Shown: positions 11,068 through 23,971 of the stretch, piece after piece
Numbering within the stretch: the stretch's first letter is position 1
How the letters are laid out: each line of letters opens with the position of its first letter
Origin: Azolla caroliniana
Taxonomy: Eukaryota; Plantae; Polypodiophyta
Direction of reading: 5' to 3'
Assembly (NCBI GenBank): GCA_043228905.1
Contig: JBHGNT010000012.1
Span: forward strand, 19,282,001 to 19,346,000
Length of the DNA: 64,000 nucleotides
Notes under the pieces: model-generated
What the model was told of the DNA's origin: nothing
The model's database searches: none
The model's input: the letters and a program-made list of their open reading frames with translations, nothing else
Made by a program: the position numbers and the translations under genes

Positions 11068-14000
11068 ATGCCGTCTTCATGGTCGCCACCCGACCTTTTC
11101 ACACTTCGGAGAGCTGGCAAAGTTTCAGAACTTCTTTACTTCACAAAGGATCTACCTAAAGACTTAGACACACTAAGAATGCAAGTCTCATTCAAAGGAG
11201 ACCCTGACTACAGCACCAACTATTACCGACATTCTATGTCACTTAGGGTTATCAAATCAATGGCTTTCTTAGTAATCTTTGTCATGATCACCTCAGCATC
11301 TTTACTGTATGGGTCAGGCGTATTTCTCGAGAGAGCAAACTATTTGGGCCGGCAATGCTACAACGTGAAATCGAGACCAGAAAAAGAGACTGCGAAACTG
11401 GACAATGGGACGAGCCCTAACTTGAACATGCTCAAATTTGCTATGGTCACATGCCAAGATGGTGGGAATGTTATTCCTGGAAGATCTTTTGAAGGTCTTG
11501 CTGATTTGGTTACTCCTAACAAAATTAGTTATACGAAAAGACATGGTTATCAGTTCGTTGACGCCAGTGATCTTCTTGACAAAAGTAGACCCCCTAGTTG
11601 GAGCAAAATCTTGGCTGTCCGCAAGTATCTTGCTGACTATGATTGGGTCTTTTGGAATGATGCGGTAAGTTTCTACAGAAACACACACACACACACACAC
11701 ACACGAAAATTTAGCTTGATCTTGCTAGGTTTTTTATCTTGATTTTATGTGCTTTCATATATGCTCCTTTGGAGAATTAGTGCTTTTTGTTAGAGAACAT
11801 GTTTTGATGGTGCAAGCTTAAGAGTTATCTAACAGGCTTATTTAAAAGTAATTGGAGGATACTGCCCCATGAATTGATGTTTTTGAGTTCTATATATTTA
11901 TGTTTACTTTATTACTGAGCGGTTTTCCTCGGTAAAAATGTTTTGGTGATGTATGCTATTGGAGACATGCTGTAACTTCAGTTATGCAAGTTTTCGATCA
12001 TAACTATGTGCCTGCATTCATACTGTATGACTAGAAGTAGTGATTTTTGTAAGCAAAAAGCTTCGTTCCAATGTTTGGTGATGTATCCAAATTGATTCAT
12101 CTAATAGGCTGAAGCTTAGATGCTTGACCCTTACCATCTTTTGATCGTCATTTTTTATTTACAGATCATCGCAGAATTAATTATTCTTTTGTCTGTGAGC
12201 AGAATTAATTATTCTTTTGTCTGTGAGAAGCTCATTGTAGTGTCATTATTATTTTATCGATGCATACTGCATTAGAAGAGTTCATGTTATAGTCCATATA
12301 CTTCGGTTGCAATTCATATTTCTTTTTTATGAGGTTATTAGTGCTGTTGTTTGATCTTTGCTAAATCTAGAAGTAATTCAAAATTGATTTACCTGTTCGT
12401 GTTTGATTAGCATTGCCTAGCTGCATTCTGGATAATGTTTTTTATTGCAAATTTCTTGTTTTCATAATGATCTTATCTTGTGATTTTTCAGGACTCGGTT
12501 GTGACAAACCCAGCAATTGCATTGGTAAGCATTATAAAACAATTCCTGTTTTCTTATAAATGCTATTAATATGAAGAGCCCTCCTCACTGTATGCCTACC
12601 TAAAACCATGTTTTCAGGAGGATATAATTGAATCGATTGTTGGAAATATGGAATTTCATGAGATGCCAGATTTCATAGTCACAGAGGATGTGACAGGTGT
12701 GAATGCAGGTATGTACATAGATTTACATGCGTTCATGGAACTTTTTATATTAGATTTCCTGTGGTGTTGACATTTTGCGGAACTCTTTGTATCAATTTTT
12801 TGGGAATTAATACTCTTAAAGGAAATTATTCTGATTGATTTCCTTCGATATTTACACCTTATGAAACATTTCTTTTATATATGCCTTAGGTATTCATACT
12901 CTTATGGAAAATGTTTTGAGCAAAAATGCCAAAATACCCATATTTTATGGATATTTACCAGGATACCTTGAAGTTTTAAAAATGATCAGAATAACCGTTT
13001 GGGTTAGTCAATTTTGTGCTTTATAAGTGTATTCTTGTAACGTCTAAAACTTAGCCGTGTTCTGGTAAATAGTAACAAATATGGGTTATACTGGTATTAT
13101 TCCCAACTTTATTTTAGGTTTCCATGGCTATTTACACTCTGATGAAATTTTTTTTTTTTATAGATTTCCTCTACTTTTTGTATAGATTTCCTTGGGTGTT
13201 CAACCCCTTAAGCAACTTATTTCAATTTCATTGTCTCTTAACACCTTGGTTTTTGAAAATTTTCTTTTCAGGGATGTTTTTCTTCCGAAACTCAACTTGG
13301 AGCATGCAATTCCTCGATCGATGGTGGAATCAAACAGCGTTTATCCGGCCCTTTGGTCAAAAGAAAAGTGGAGATAATGATGCCCTCAAGTTTCTAATAA
13401 GGAGCATGCCTGTTGAAGAACGCAAACGCCATGTTCGAATCCCCAAAATGCAATGTGTCTTCAATTCAAATCTATGGGAACCTTCACTAAAAAGTAGCCG
13501 CCGCTTGGTGACCTTGGCAAAGACTGTGTGGCAAGGTTGGTAAAAACTAAGGAACCCTTTGTGATGTGTAAATGATTGGGCAGATTTATTTCTGATGAAA
13601 CTTGAAAGTATTGGGGTAATATTTCACTTTTTGGTGCATTTACTTAGTTCTTGGTAAATATTACTGGTAAATAAATTCTTTAAAATTTCTGTAGACTTTT
13701 GGGAAATGATTGGATGAAGATATATCTTGTTAGGAATCCCTAAGGTTAGAGATATTACACTTGTATTTCAACATTTCTATTAAATCCTTCTTATCCATGT
13801 ACATTTTAGTGTCCTATGGAAGTGCTGAAATATTGGTATAATTTACTCAATTTCCATAACATTAGGCAAATATGGATTGTAAACTCAAGTACTGGTAGAT
13901 TTTGAAAATATAACCTAAGCTTTCCGAAGATACTTAGCCAGATTTGATTGTGAAATACCTTAGAAATTTATCATTCCTCAATCCCCTTATTTTCTGCCCT

Positions 14001-14232
14001 GAATTTTGAATTTGAATATCCTATTATCTATTTAGAAATAATTTTCGTTGTTAATGATGTGCCGGACTCAGGTGTATATTCTAAAGGCGATTTCATGGTG
14101 CATCTGGCGGGGCTGAATGACAAGAAGACATGGATAAAGAAGATACTTCGGGACATCGAAGAGGAAGAAAAAATGGCAAGAAAGAAAGAGAAGAAGTTGA
14201 CTCGCACCATTAATGACAAACTTACTTCATAG
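11068..14232 (+). CDS. Glycosyltransferase family 34 (GMA12/MNN10-like galactosyl/mannosyltransferase), 5 coding exons
   Basis: Exons 11068-11664, 12492-12524, 12618-12708, 13272-13535 and 14072-14232, all with GT..AG introns in consistent phase. N-terminal TM segment, then NK..Y..RHGY, SWSKILAV, DWVFWNDAD (DxD across exons 1/2), GVNAGMFFFRNS.WS..FLD.WW, GDNDAL and GDFMVHLAG. The start codon could instead be 11179 or 11236. Confidence 0.92.
11681..11705. repeat. (AC)n microsatellite in intron 1
   Basis: acacacac run next to the first donor site. Confidence 0.9.
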
Positions 14233-14359
14233 CGATATTTTTTCTTTTTCGTGTTATTTTGTGGAGTTCTATTTAAAGCCAAATTCTTTTATTCATTGTG
14301 GTGGTGACAAGGTGTGAGCAGGCAGTTTCACATTGAGTGCCTGGACATGCTTTCAACCA

Positions 14360-14391
<32 letters not shown>

Positions 14392-15840
14392 GAGAGATCT
14401 ATACATTCACAAATATTCTTTCTATGATTTCCAAGTTGGAGTGTTTTCTCGTGATTTAGGTGATGCTTGAGGGAGATATCTGGCATACTTCTTATTCCAC
14501 TCTATCCATTGGAGCTGATGGTATTTGTAAAAGAAAATGTAAAATGGTGCTGGATGATCTCTTTGAAGCATCAAAAAGTTTTGGTTTGCCTTCTTGAGTT
14601 TGTGTAAAGAAAGAATCGCTCCCATTTGGTATATTCTTTGTAAATTTTAGCTTTGGCATTTGGTATATTCTTTGTAAATTTTGGCTTTGGTGGTTCGGTT
14701 TTCTCTTCTCAGCTGTCATACACTTTTTAGCATCAGAGTGTAATAGATTTTTGTATAGAATGACCACTCACCCATGAATATTATTTGTTCTTTGGTATAT
14801 AATCTCAATCAGCAGAATCTTACACGACACTTCTCTATGACAACAGAGTTCTTAAATTTCAATGTTTGTATATTAAATTGGGCTTCAAGTCATTTAAATT
14901 TAGCTGGAGCAATACAGCTAGAATTAAGGTGGCCTGCCTTTGTTTTAGGCTAAAGCTTTCAATAATTTATTCAATTCTGATATGGATCTCTGATTTAAGC
15001 AACCCCTTGTACAATCCATGCAATCCTCCCTATATATACCTTTCAAATAATTTTAACATACAATTAACAGTGATTAGCCCCAGTTGTAATCTCCTTGAAA
15101 GAGTAACAATCATTGTAATTTTTCTTAAAACAGATAATCATTCAATATTGATTGCCTATCTCATCCTCTGTAGTTTGACTTATCAATTCATTGGTGGAAT
15201 TCAGTTAGAGTGTTGGTAGTTATAGCTCTATTTCAAAAACTGTCTAAACCTTTATGTTGCACATAATCAATGGATGTATCCAAATAAAGAAGGCATGGAG
15301 TAAACTGACCAAGAAAACAAATAACACTTCCAGTAGAAAAATAACATAGAAGAATGTCAATAATCTAATAGAAGCGTTTCACTAATATCAAGGCATAGAA
15401 CAGGCCAAGCTTTCATTAAAGCAAATTGACTCGCTGCAGCATAGATTAAGACAATTTATCTTTTAAAGAGATCAATTTTCTTGATTTCCTTGAAACCCAT
15501 TGGTTTTCAGTACGTTGCCAAATAAATAACCTTTGGAATGTGGTACTAGAGGAATTATCAGGTCATAACTCATCCCCTTTTTATCCAGGTTTTGGGGATT
15601 GACAAAGGCATTTGCACAAATGAAGAGAAACTTGGGGTTGAGGAGGATCAGTCCAAGTTTCTACCTTTAACCATCACACTCCAAAGCGAAAAGATTATGC
15701 ATCCCTATTTTGAAGAAACAATGGCTAAACTTGGATAAAAGAAGGAAAAAAGCGAGCCCACGTGTTATTGCTAACTTTTCGCGAAATTAGCAGAACGCCA
15801 TAATTGAAAGAAAGAGAGAGGTGAGGAATTTGGGTTTAGA

Positions 15841-15910
15841 TGGATGTAGCTCAATTGGTAAGGTTACCCAATGGAAACCAGGTGGTCATGGGTTCAACCC
15901 CTACATTCCA
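15841..15910 (+). pseudogene. tRNA-derived sequence (tRNA pseudogene or SINE head)
   Basis: A box TAGCTCAATTGG, B box GGTTCAACCC and acceptor-like pairing ggatgt/acattcc. The anticodon arm is not canonical. Confidence 0.55.
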
Positions 15911-15966
15911 CAATGGCATCTAGTAAATTAAGAGGATATGTATGGAGTAATAGAGAGATGAGAAAT

Positions 15967-16028
15967 TCGGGTTTCGAACCCAAGATATAGTGTTAGTAGT
16001 GTAAATGACTTACCACTAGGGTAAGCTA
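15967..16028 (-). pseudogene. Second tRNA-derived/SINE-head remnant in the opposite orientation
   Basis: Minus strand reads tagcttaccctagtggtaag...ttgggttcgaaacccg (A-box- and B-box-like). Confidence 0.4.
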
Positions 16029-16905
16029 ATTACGATAAAAAAAACAGAGACTAATCCTCAGAGCTACAAAATTAAATGAAGTAAAGACCAAGAAAGAAGA
16101 CTAAAGATTACTTGATCTATACCCAAGAAACCAGTGAAATATCTTACCCAAATAATAATAATACTTGATTCCGAATGTAAAGTGCTCTTACAGCAGCTAC
16201 AAAATTCCTTCAAACAAGAGCTCGAAAGGGAGAAGATGATTCATCCAGACTTGAGGGACAAGGTGCAAAGGGTCGAGTCCCAAACTTACATAATAAGAAT
16301 GAATAGAGTGAGAGCATACCATATATATCTCCCCATCATTCCATGACCTGTGAAAAATCGACTATGCATAATGGAATGGACAAGATCCCATCTAGGACCA
16401 TGAGAATGGAATAAATCATCCATTTATACAAGGTAAACAAGTGCCAAACCTAAAATATAATGTGATACAAAATGGAAAGGGAAGGGGAGTGCATATGTTA
16501 CTCTATGATCCATAGTCTTAAATATGTCAGCAAAATACTCTTTAAGATCTACATATTTCCAATAAAAAACAAGAGCAAGTAAAACCCAGCAAATAAAGAG
16601 CATAGAAATATTATTCAAAATCCGTAATCATGAATCAACTACGTGCAATTTCCGAAGAAAACAAGTGCAGGAGCATGTTATTGATCCACATCCTGGAGAC
16701 AAGAGCGAGAACTTCCCGAACAAAAACAATGAGATAGACAGAGAGAGAAGAGCATATCTCCATGCGATTCGACAATGAAATATGTAATTGTTAAACTGTT
16801 TAAACTGTTTAACTGTGGGATCACGGTAACAAAATCTGTGCAAAAGCACTCAGATTTGTTGCAGCAATCTTTGTAATCTAAGAGGAATCTGTTTCAACGC
16901 CAATT

Positions 16906-17637
16906 TTATGCAACACTTGGATTCGTAGTAGCTGCAGTAGTATCAGTGGTAGGAGCAGTGTCAACACTGTTCACTGCAGCATTTTCCTGTGCTTCCTTTG
17001 CTGCTTTGATGCGGTCGAGACCGGAGAAGAATGCCATCGGATTGAAGAGAGTCGAGAAAACACTTCTCCGGTACACAGACAGAAGGTCCAAACCCGCAGC
17101 TTTCTTCACATCCACATGGTTCAGAACAGTATCCTTCTGTTTCCCATACAGAAGAAGCATACTGTCGTTCAGAGATGGCGGCGGAAGAAGCTTGGAGATC
17201 ATGTCCGGTGAGACACCCTTGCCAAGGTACAGAAGACACAGAGGACCAGGGGAGGAGGAGATCATGGAAGCGAATTTCCCTCCGTTTCTTCTGATTTCTC
17301 CATCATTTTCTTGCTGGTGATGTCCATTACTGCGACTGTGTTTGAAGTTGGGTTGGAAGAGAGACTTACCGTGAACAGACGCGAGCGAGTTTTTGAGCTC
17401 TCGCCATTGCTTGCAGTTAACGCCACTGCAGTGGAAGAGAAGGGACGCCGACGCTTCTGCTTCCACAAGCTCGGCTTTCCTCTGCATCAGAAGCTTCCGA
17501 GGAGAGATCTTCTTCTTCTTCTTCTTCGCATTCTTTTCGTCATCTTTGGCGATGGAAGAGACAGCGGCTCGGACGATGGAGCCTGCAGCAGAAGAAGAAG
17601 AAGAAGAAGTAATGGAAGTTCTTGCAAGGCTCGCCAT
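16906..17637 (-). CDS. rpl10: Mitochondrial-type ribosomal protein L10, nucleus-encoded, with N-terminal targeting presequence
   Basis: Core LLFHCSG...QWRELKN...GKSLFQP...SPGPLCLLYL...LLP...LLLYG...LNHVDVKKA matches plant mitochondrion-encoded Rpl10 motifs as recalled. Ser/Ala/Arg-rich N-terminus MASLARTSITSSSSSSAAGSIVRAAVSS. ATG at 17637 in gccATGG context. Intronless, uninterrupted 243-aa ORF. Confidence 0.85.
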   Translation of the reverse strand: MASLARTSITSSSSSSAAGSIVRAAVSSIAKDDEKNAKKKKKKISPRKLLMQRKAELVEAEASASLLFHCSGVNCKQWRELKNSLASVHGKSLFQPNFKHSRSNGHHQQENDGEIRRNGGKFASMISSSPGPLCLLYLGKGVSPDMISKLLPPPSLNDSMLLLYGKQKDTVLNHVDVKKAAGLDLLSVYRRSVFSTLFNPMAFFSGLDRIKAAKEAQENAAVNSVDTAPTTDTTAATTNPSVA

Positions 17638-17642
17638 GGCTG

Positions 17643-17684
17643 AAACCCTAATCCACAAAGCCTGCAGAAAACCCTAAACCCTAA
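17643..17684. promoter_or_regulatory. Telo-box cluster (AAACCCTAA x3) upstream of rpl10
   Basis: aaaccctaa at 17643-17651 and aaaaccctaaaccctaa at 17668-17684. Telo-boxes are typical of plant translation-machinery gene promoters and 5' UTRs. Confidence 0.7.
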
Positions 17685-17842
17685 TCGGACATATCTCCTC
17701 TATGTCTCTGTCTCTGCTTCTGACTGTCTGTTTTTCTATAATATGTAAATTGCAAAAATGCCCTCCACACTTCCAACAAATCCCCAAATTACCCTCCAAA
17801 TTTGTCTCTTTTTGTTTTTTGTCTAATTTTCTTTGCATGTAT

Positions 17843-18060
17843 CATACATACATACATTATACATACATTATACATACATATATACATACATACATATATA
17901 CATACATACATACATTATACATAAATACATACATACATACATACATACATACATACATTATACATAAATACATACATACATACATACATACATACATACA
18001 TACATACATACATTATACATACATACATACATAAATACATACATACATGCATGCATACAT
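17843..18060. repeat. (TACA)n microsatellite
   Basis: About 220 bp of catacatacata with occasional variants. Confidence 0.95.
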
Positions 18061-18269
18061 TGTAGAAGAATGAACCAAATTATTGTAAACAAAATCCCTA
18101 GAGTGCAAAATGAATATATTACTCCAATTTTGAGTGAACTGACTATATTACTCAAAAGTATTGTAGGGTTCAATATGTCTAATCATTTGCATGATGGTGT
18201 TTTATGACTGATATTTGAGAACGACTATTAATAACATATTATAGATTATTTCGAAAAATCAAATTATCA

Positions 18270-19900
18270 TGTTAACTGAAGTGATTATAATATTTATGGG
18301 CAATCTTTAATCTCAAATAAGAAGCACAATTTGGAACAATATTAGTGAGGAAATCTTGTGGAAATTCATCTACAATGAGATCACTATGAATGGAATCAAT
18401 AAAGGTTAAATTTGTGGGCACTTTTAAGGCGCTAATTTTCATCAATTGGAAACAATCAGGACCCAAGCGGACCTGCTTTTGATGGTTAAAAGCAGGTTCT
18501 CATAAATGAAGTGCCATATATGAAGTCTATGATAGAGCATATGCATTTCCTTGTTGTATTCTTGGATGATACATGGTCATGAAATCATAATGCATAGGAA
18601 ATTTTGTTCAATGACCTTGTAGTTTGACTTAAGGCTTGAGCACTCTAGAATATGTTACATTTTTATGAGTATTGCAGACAATGATCTAGCTGGAAGAACC
18701 TTCAAGGATATGATAATAATGCTTAAAAGAATATATGATACCCAAGATCTCCATGTCTTGAATCTCATAATTAATTTCCTCAACTTAAAATGTTCATGAA
18801 TGGAAAGTGACTAGCTGCAATAGTCTTTGGTTTCTGACAAGACATTTCAAAGTGCAAAATTAAACATTCTAACTTCTAGGATAAGGGCTTTGCTTGACCA
18901 ATATGGATTAAAATAGAGATGAATGTAAATTGCATGCTTTAATATTTGAAATTCCTTTCTTGCACCTCAAATCCATGCAAACGATTGGGTTTTTAATGTA
19001 AGTTATGCAATCTTCTTCTAGTAAGCTTAATGAATTTACGATAAAAAACTGTAAACACCAAAAAACATTGGACATCACACTTAAATCGGGGGGTTTGCAA
19101 GTCTAGAATTGTTTGTAACTTTGCTAGATCCATAAAAGTAAATTCAATTAAGATTATGTAGCATGGAATCCCACTTGATCGCAATAAAAAAACTTCACTT
19201 CTTGAGTTGGACATAGAGTCTTGGAAAAGATCAAGATGTCATCTAGATAAACAATGGTGAATATGTCCAAGAAGTCTTGACAAATATTGATGACCATATG
19301 TTGAAAAATTGATGGCATGTTCGTGAAATGAAAATGCATGATTGTCTACTCAAAATGTCAACATCGAGTGTAAAACATGGTCTTCTACTCATTGCTCAAC
19401 AATCTAAACCAAATTATAGGCACCTCGAAAGATCAAGCTTTTTGAAGTATTTGGCTCCATTTCAGCGCTGCAAAAGAGTTAGATTAGAAGCAAAACATAC
19501 GCATTCAATTTGTGACTCTGGGATTTTGTTTAAGCCTTGATGATCTATGACTAAGAAAAGAGACCCATATTTCTTCTTAACAAAGAAGATTGGTATGCCA
19601 AATGAATCAACTTGGTAAATTCCCATTGATATATTCTTGAAGAACTTTGAGCTCTAATGGCTCTAGATTATAAATTAGCTCCCATGACTAACCTTCCACT
19701 AGTTGATGATCGACATGACAATTGTAAAGCCGATATTCTAGGAGCATATCAACCTTCCCCTTATCAAAGACATAATTGAGATCTTGATACTTGGTTGGAA
19801 ACAAGGGTTGACTTTTTTTAAGGATTGGGGGATGACATTGTTACTGTTGCAAATATATACATTTCTTCTTTGTGTCCCTATTCACATACCTTTATAGGGA
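18270..19900 (-). mobile_element. Highly degenerate Ty3/gypsy pol remnant
   Basis: IFTIVYLDDILIFSKT (19154-19339) and DVQCFLVFTVFYRKFIK (18993-19214) RT motifs with many lesions. Boundaries are approximate. Confidence 0.7.
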
Positions 19901-20211
19901 AGTTGTTGAGATTCAATGATACATTGGAATTGCGTGGTTATTATAGGATTCTAGGATTGCTTGTTTTCTCCAACCAAGCTCTAGATTGTGAAACTCGAAC
20001 CACGTTAGACCAAAGACAACTGGATGCTCAAGATGATGGATCATATTGAATGAAATCACATAAGTTAGGCTATATAAGAGAGCAAAAGAAAGGACTCAAT
20101 AACACCTAGAAGTAGAAGTTCAACTTGCGCTACAAAAAACCCTATTAACTTGATTTGATGAAATGGAATCTTTGCTTCAAATGGAATCTATAAGACTTGG
20201 GTTATCCAACT

Positions 20212-20663
20212 TGTAAAGAATAAGATATGATTCTGTGCAACAGAAGAGGTGTGTGTGTGGAAAGAGGATAGGAGAGGAGAGAAACACAAGACAGATCTAG
20301 AATAAGAGAAATGAAGTACTCAAGAAGATGTAAATTAACAAGGAGAATATCAAGTACAAGAATATAGCATTACAAGGGAGACTAACTGACACTTTATGAA
20401 GTAGGAGTAGGGTGCTTTATATAAGGTCACCCTCTCTCTTCATTAACTCACTATAACGCACACTCTCTTTCTAGAACCTTGGAGAATGTGGAGACTCATT
20501 AGTCATGGGGAATATGGAACTCATTAGTTATGTGTCATAGAATATTATTCTATGACACATAGTTAATGTGTAGAGAGTAGTGGTGACTTTTGACCTTTGA
20601 GTGCTCATAGATTCTCAAAGGGTGTGTTCACATACTAGACTAGGCTGAACTTGATTCTCAACA
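20212..20663 (-). repeat. 3' LTR of copia A (452 bp)
   Basis: Minus strand starts tgttgagaatcaag after PPT gttgagcttgagagggcg and ends ttctttaca. Same family as the LTR at 45889-46419. Confidence 0.85.
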
Positions 20664-21917
20664 CGCCCTCTCAAGCTCAACTTTGGTCGGCTTCTTTCGG
20701 TTGATTTCCGCTTCGGCTGATATCCAGTTCAGACGGTCTCCACTTCTATCTTGTACTCCCCCTCAAGCTTGGCAAGTCAGGGATCGTCAATCCAAGGTCT
20801 GACATGAATTGCCAAAGCTTGTCGGCTCCTAGGGCTTTGGTGAAGATGTCGATTGTTTGAAGATATGTGCTAATGTGTTGAAGGTCGACATCTCTAGCCT
20901 GAATGCACTCTTGGATGAAGTGATAGTGCACTTTGATATGCTTCGTGCACTTGTGGAACACTGGGTTCCAAACCAAATGAATACTACTCATGTTGTTGCA
21001 ATAAAGGGGGATAGGATCCTTGAAGGGAATGCCCAGATCCTTCAAAATCCTCTTGAGCCATATGGCTTCACATACAGCCACAACCGCACCCCTGTATTCT
21101 CCCTCTGTGCTCGAAAGTGCAATAGTTGGTTGCTTCTTGCTACTCTAGGAGATGGCTCCACTCCTGAGAGAGAAGACTAATCTTGAGGTCGATTGTCGGT
21201 CGACATTTTTGTAACCTTCGACTTGAATTGGCATTGCCGTCTTATAGAGAATGCCACAATCTATTGTGCCGCTCACGTATCGTAGCACTCACTTAGCGCA
21301 ATCCAAGTATGTCACGTGGCTTTTGCATGAATTACCTAAGGAGATTGACTAGGTAGCTGAGGTCGGGTCGAGTGATTGTGAGATAAGTGAGGCTCCCGAT
21401 CAGTTGTCGATACTGAGTCAACTCACACTCTTCTATGTCGGAGTCGGCAACTAGCTTTAGGTGCCGATCGAGAGGGGTTGCCATAGACTTATACTTAGTC
21501 ATCCCGAACTTGTATAACAAGTTAAGGATGTAGTGTCGTTAGGAGATCATAAGGCCGACTGGAATATGAATTACCTCGATGCCAAGGAAGTAATAGAGCT
21601 CCTTCATGTCTGTCATCTGAAATTTTCCGGAGAGGAGGGACTTGACCATGTTGATGTTGATTAGATGCTCACCTCCAATGACCAGATCATCCACGTATAG
21701 GATGATGACAATCGGGCTTCTAGAATCATTTCTTACGTAGAGGGAGTTGTTGGATTTTGACATATTGAAGCCGATTCGATGAAGATATTGTGTTACCTTC
21801 GAATGCCAAGCACTTGGTGCTTGCTTAAGGCCGTAGAGTGGCTTCTTTAGTGGATTCGAAGACGGGTGGTTGTATGATGTACACCTCTTCTTCTAATACG
21901 CCTTGAAGAAATGCGTT

Positions 21918-22344
21918 TGTTGAGAGACGAGCTCAACATGCGCCGAATCGGCTAAAGAGCCAAGAGCCGAGAGCCAAATCGAATAGAGTTTGATTCGGGT
22001 GTGCTGAGTCGAATGAAATCCGAAAAAGGCAGTTGAGGGCCTATATTCCAATTATAGTAAATGGGAATATTGTAGGCAGAATTAGTGTAAGGCTCATTTA
22101 TGAGCATTCAAGTACTAATGGTACTTGTGTCAACCCACTCGTTAAGGGCATGTATATAAAGTGCACTCTAAGCATTGTTGTATGCACTGAGTCTTTTAGT
22201 AATCAAAATATTGTTGTCTTCTCTACCCAGTGTCTCTCTCACACTGTGTATGCATTGTTTGTGTTTACCTAACTGTCGAGTTTCTAAAACCAATTGTGTA
22301 CTCGGTGTCTATCACACACGCTTCTGCACACGTATTCTTTTGCA
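21918..22344 (+). repeat. 5' LTR of copia B
   Basis: tgttgagagac...cttttgca, followed directly by the PBS. Direct repeat of 51852-52278. Confidence 0.9.
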
Positions 22345-23971
22345 TGGTATCAAAGCGCAAGGGTTGAGACTCCTCTGCAACCGACAGAAAAGACAGGAAC
22401 ATTGATAGGGGAATGGGAAGCTCTCTTCCGACCGAAAAGCTCTATAGGAGAAACTACGCATTTTAGTCATACAAGATGCAACAGTACCTGCTCGGGCATG
22501 GCTACTGGAGTTATGTCGGAGGAGCTAATGATGCAGCACTTGAGTCGACACATAGAGATTTCCCGACCTAGGAACATGCGGCAAGCAGAGTTCTCTACTG
22601 CTTTGCATCCTATGTGAGCGATCAACTTTTGAGCTATATTCGAGACGCCAAGACGCTAAAGGATGCTTGGGAAAATTTGAAAAAGATTTTCGCCGCGAGC
22701 ACCACAACCAGAAAGCTTCAACTCAAACAGGAGTTGAGCAATATCCGATAGAGAGAGATGTTGGTGGCTGATTACACCTCCAAGATCAAGCAGATCCACG
22801 ACTCCCTCGCCTCCATCAATGTGACTATCGAGGACAAAATGGTGCAAGTTTCTCTTGGAGGGTTGGCGTCGAAGTTCGGAGTATTCCGAACGGTAGTCTG
22901 AACGAGGTAGAATACGCCTTCGTTTTTAGAGCTACAATTGACGTTGCTCTTAAAAGAAAACCACTTGAGTGCATTGATAAGTACGCACACTGATAGCAAG
23001 ATATTGTGCATGGAGGCGGATTGGCCTCATGGTCGTGGTGAACGAGGTGGGTCAGCGTGCAATGGAGGCGGCTGATAGGAGCAAAACTCGAGGCATAATC
23101 GAAATGCCGAAAAAATTTATGGACCCTCCACAAGTAGGGCAAGTCAATGCGGCGTCGGAGGTCAGTAAGGAAAGGTCACGACTGTTGGTAATGTGGTCAG
23201 AAGGGCCACAGAGAAAGCGAGTGCTGGAAAAAACGAACCATTTTGGACAAGGTCAGCTCGAGTTGAGGAGATGCGGATGGGTGTCAGAGATTGCACTATG
23301 GCGAAGGCTCAAGGCGAGCAGAAACGGGCCCAGTCTTTGTCATGAAGCATAAAGCCAATTCGATGGCGGTGAACACCTCAAGGTCGAACAAGGTGTGGTG
23401 TGTGGATTCAGGTGCATTGAATCACATGAAAAATCCCAAGGAGTCGTCGTCGAAATTGGTGATGACACCCCTCACCCCATCGAACACATCAAAGATGTCC
23501 CTCTAAGCCATGTTGGCCACAAGGGAATCATAAGGACTGTCTTGCATGTGCCGACGATCACTGAGAACTTGGTGTCGGTCAGACAAATTGTTGACCAGGG
23601 CATGCAAGTTCGATTTACTCATCTTGGGTGCTTCATCGAAGAAGAAGGCAAGATCATCGCACAAGGGAGGTGAGAAGGGAGGATGTTCCTCCTTGAAACG
23701 AATGACGTTGGCACCGCTATGTTCACTAAGGGGAGAAAAGTCGAATCTGACATCGACTTGTGGCACAAGAGGTTCAGCCATGTCAACTTCCCACACCTTT
23801 GGGAGATGCAGACGAAAAACATCATTTTCGACTTGCCGAAATTTAGTGGCCGAAAGAGCCAAGTCTGCGAAGCCTGCCAGTTAGGGAAGCATCGCCGACT
23901 TCCATTCCCAAATTAAAGAAATCGGAGCCGAAACAAGCTCGATTTAATCCATTCGGATGTATGGGGACCGG

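Noticed and set aside
14622-14690. Short tandem duplications (34 bp here; 28 bp at about 12171-12226)
   Set aside because: Ordinary slippage duplications in 3' flank and intron, with no further structure.
15841-15910. Functional tRNA gene
   Set aside because: A and B boxes are present, but the anticodon arm and D/T stems do not pair canonically and there is no clear poly-T terminator.
17702-18173. ORFs rich in YIHT / MYVC
   Set aside because: Translations of the (TACA)n microsatellite.
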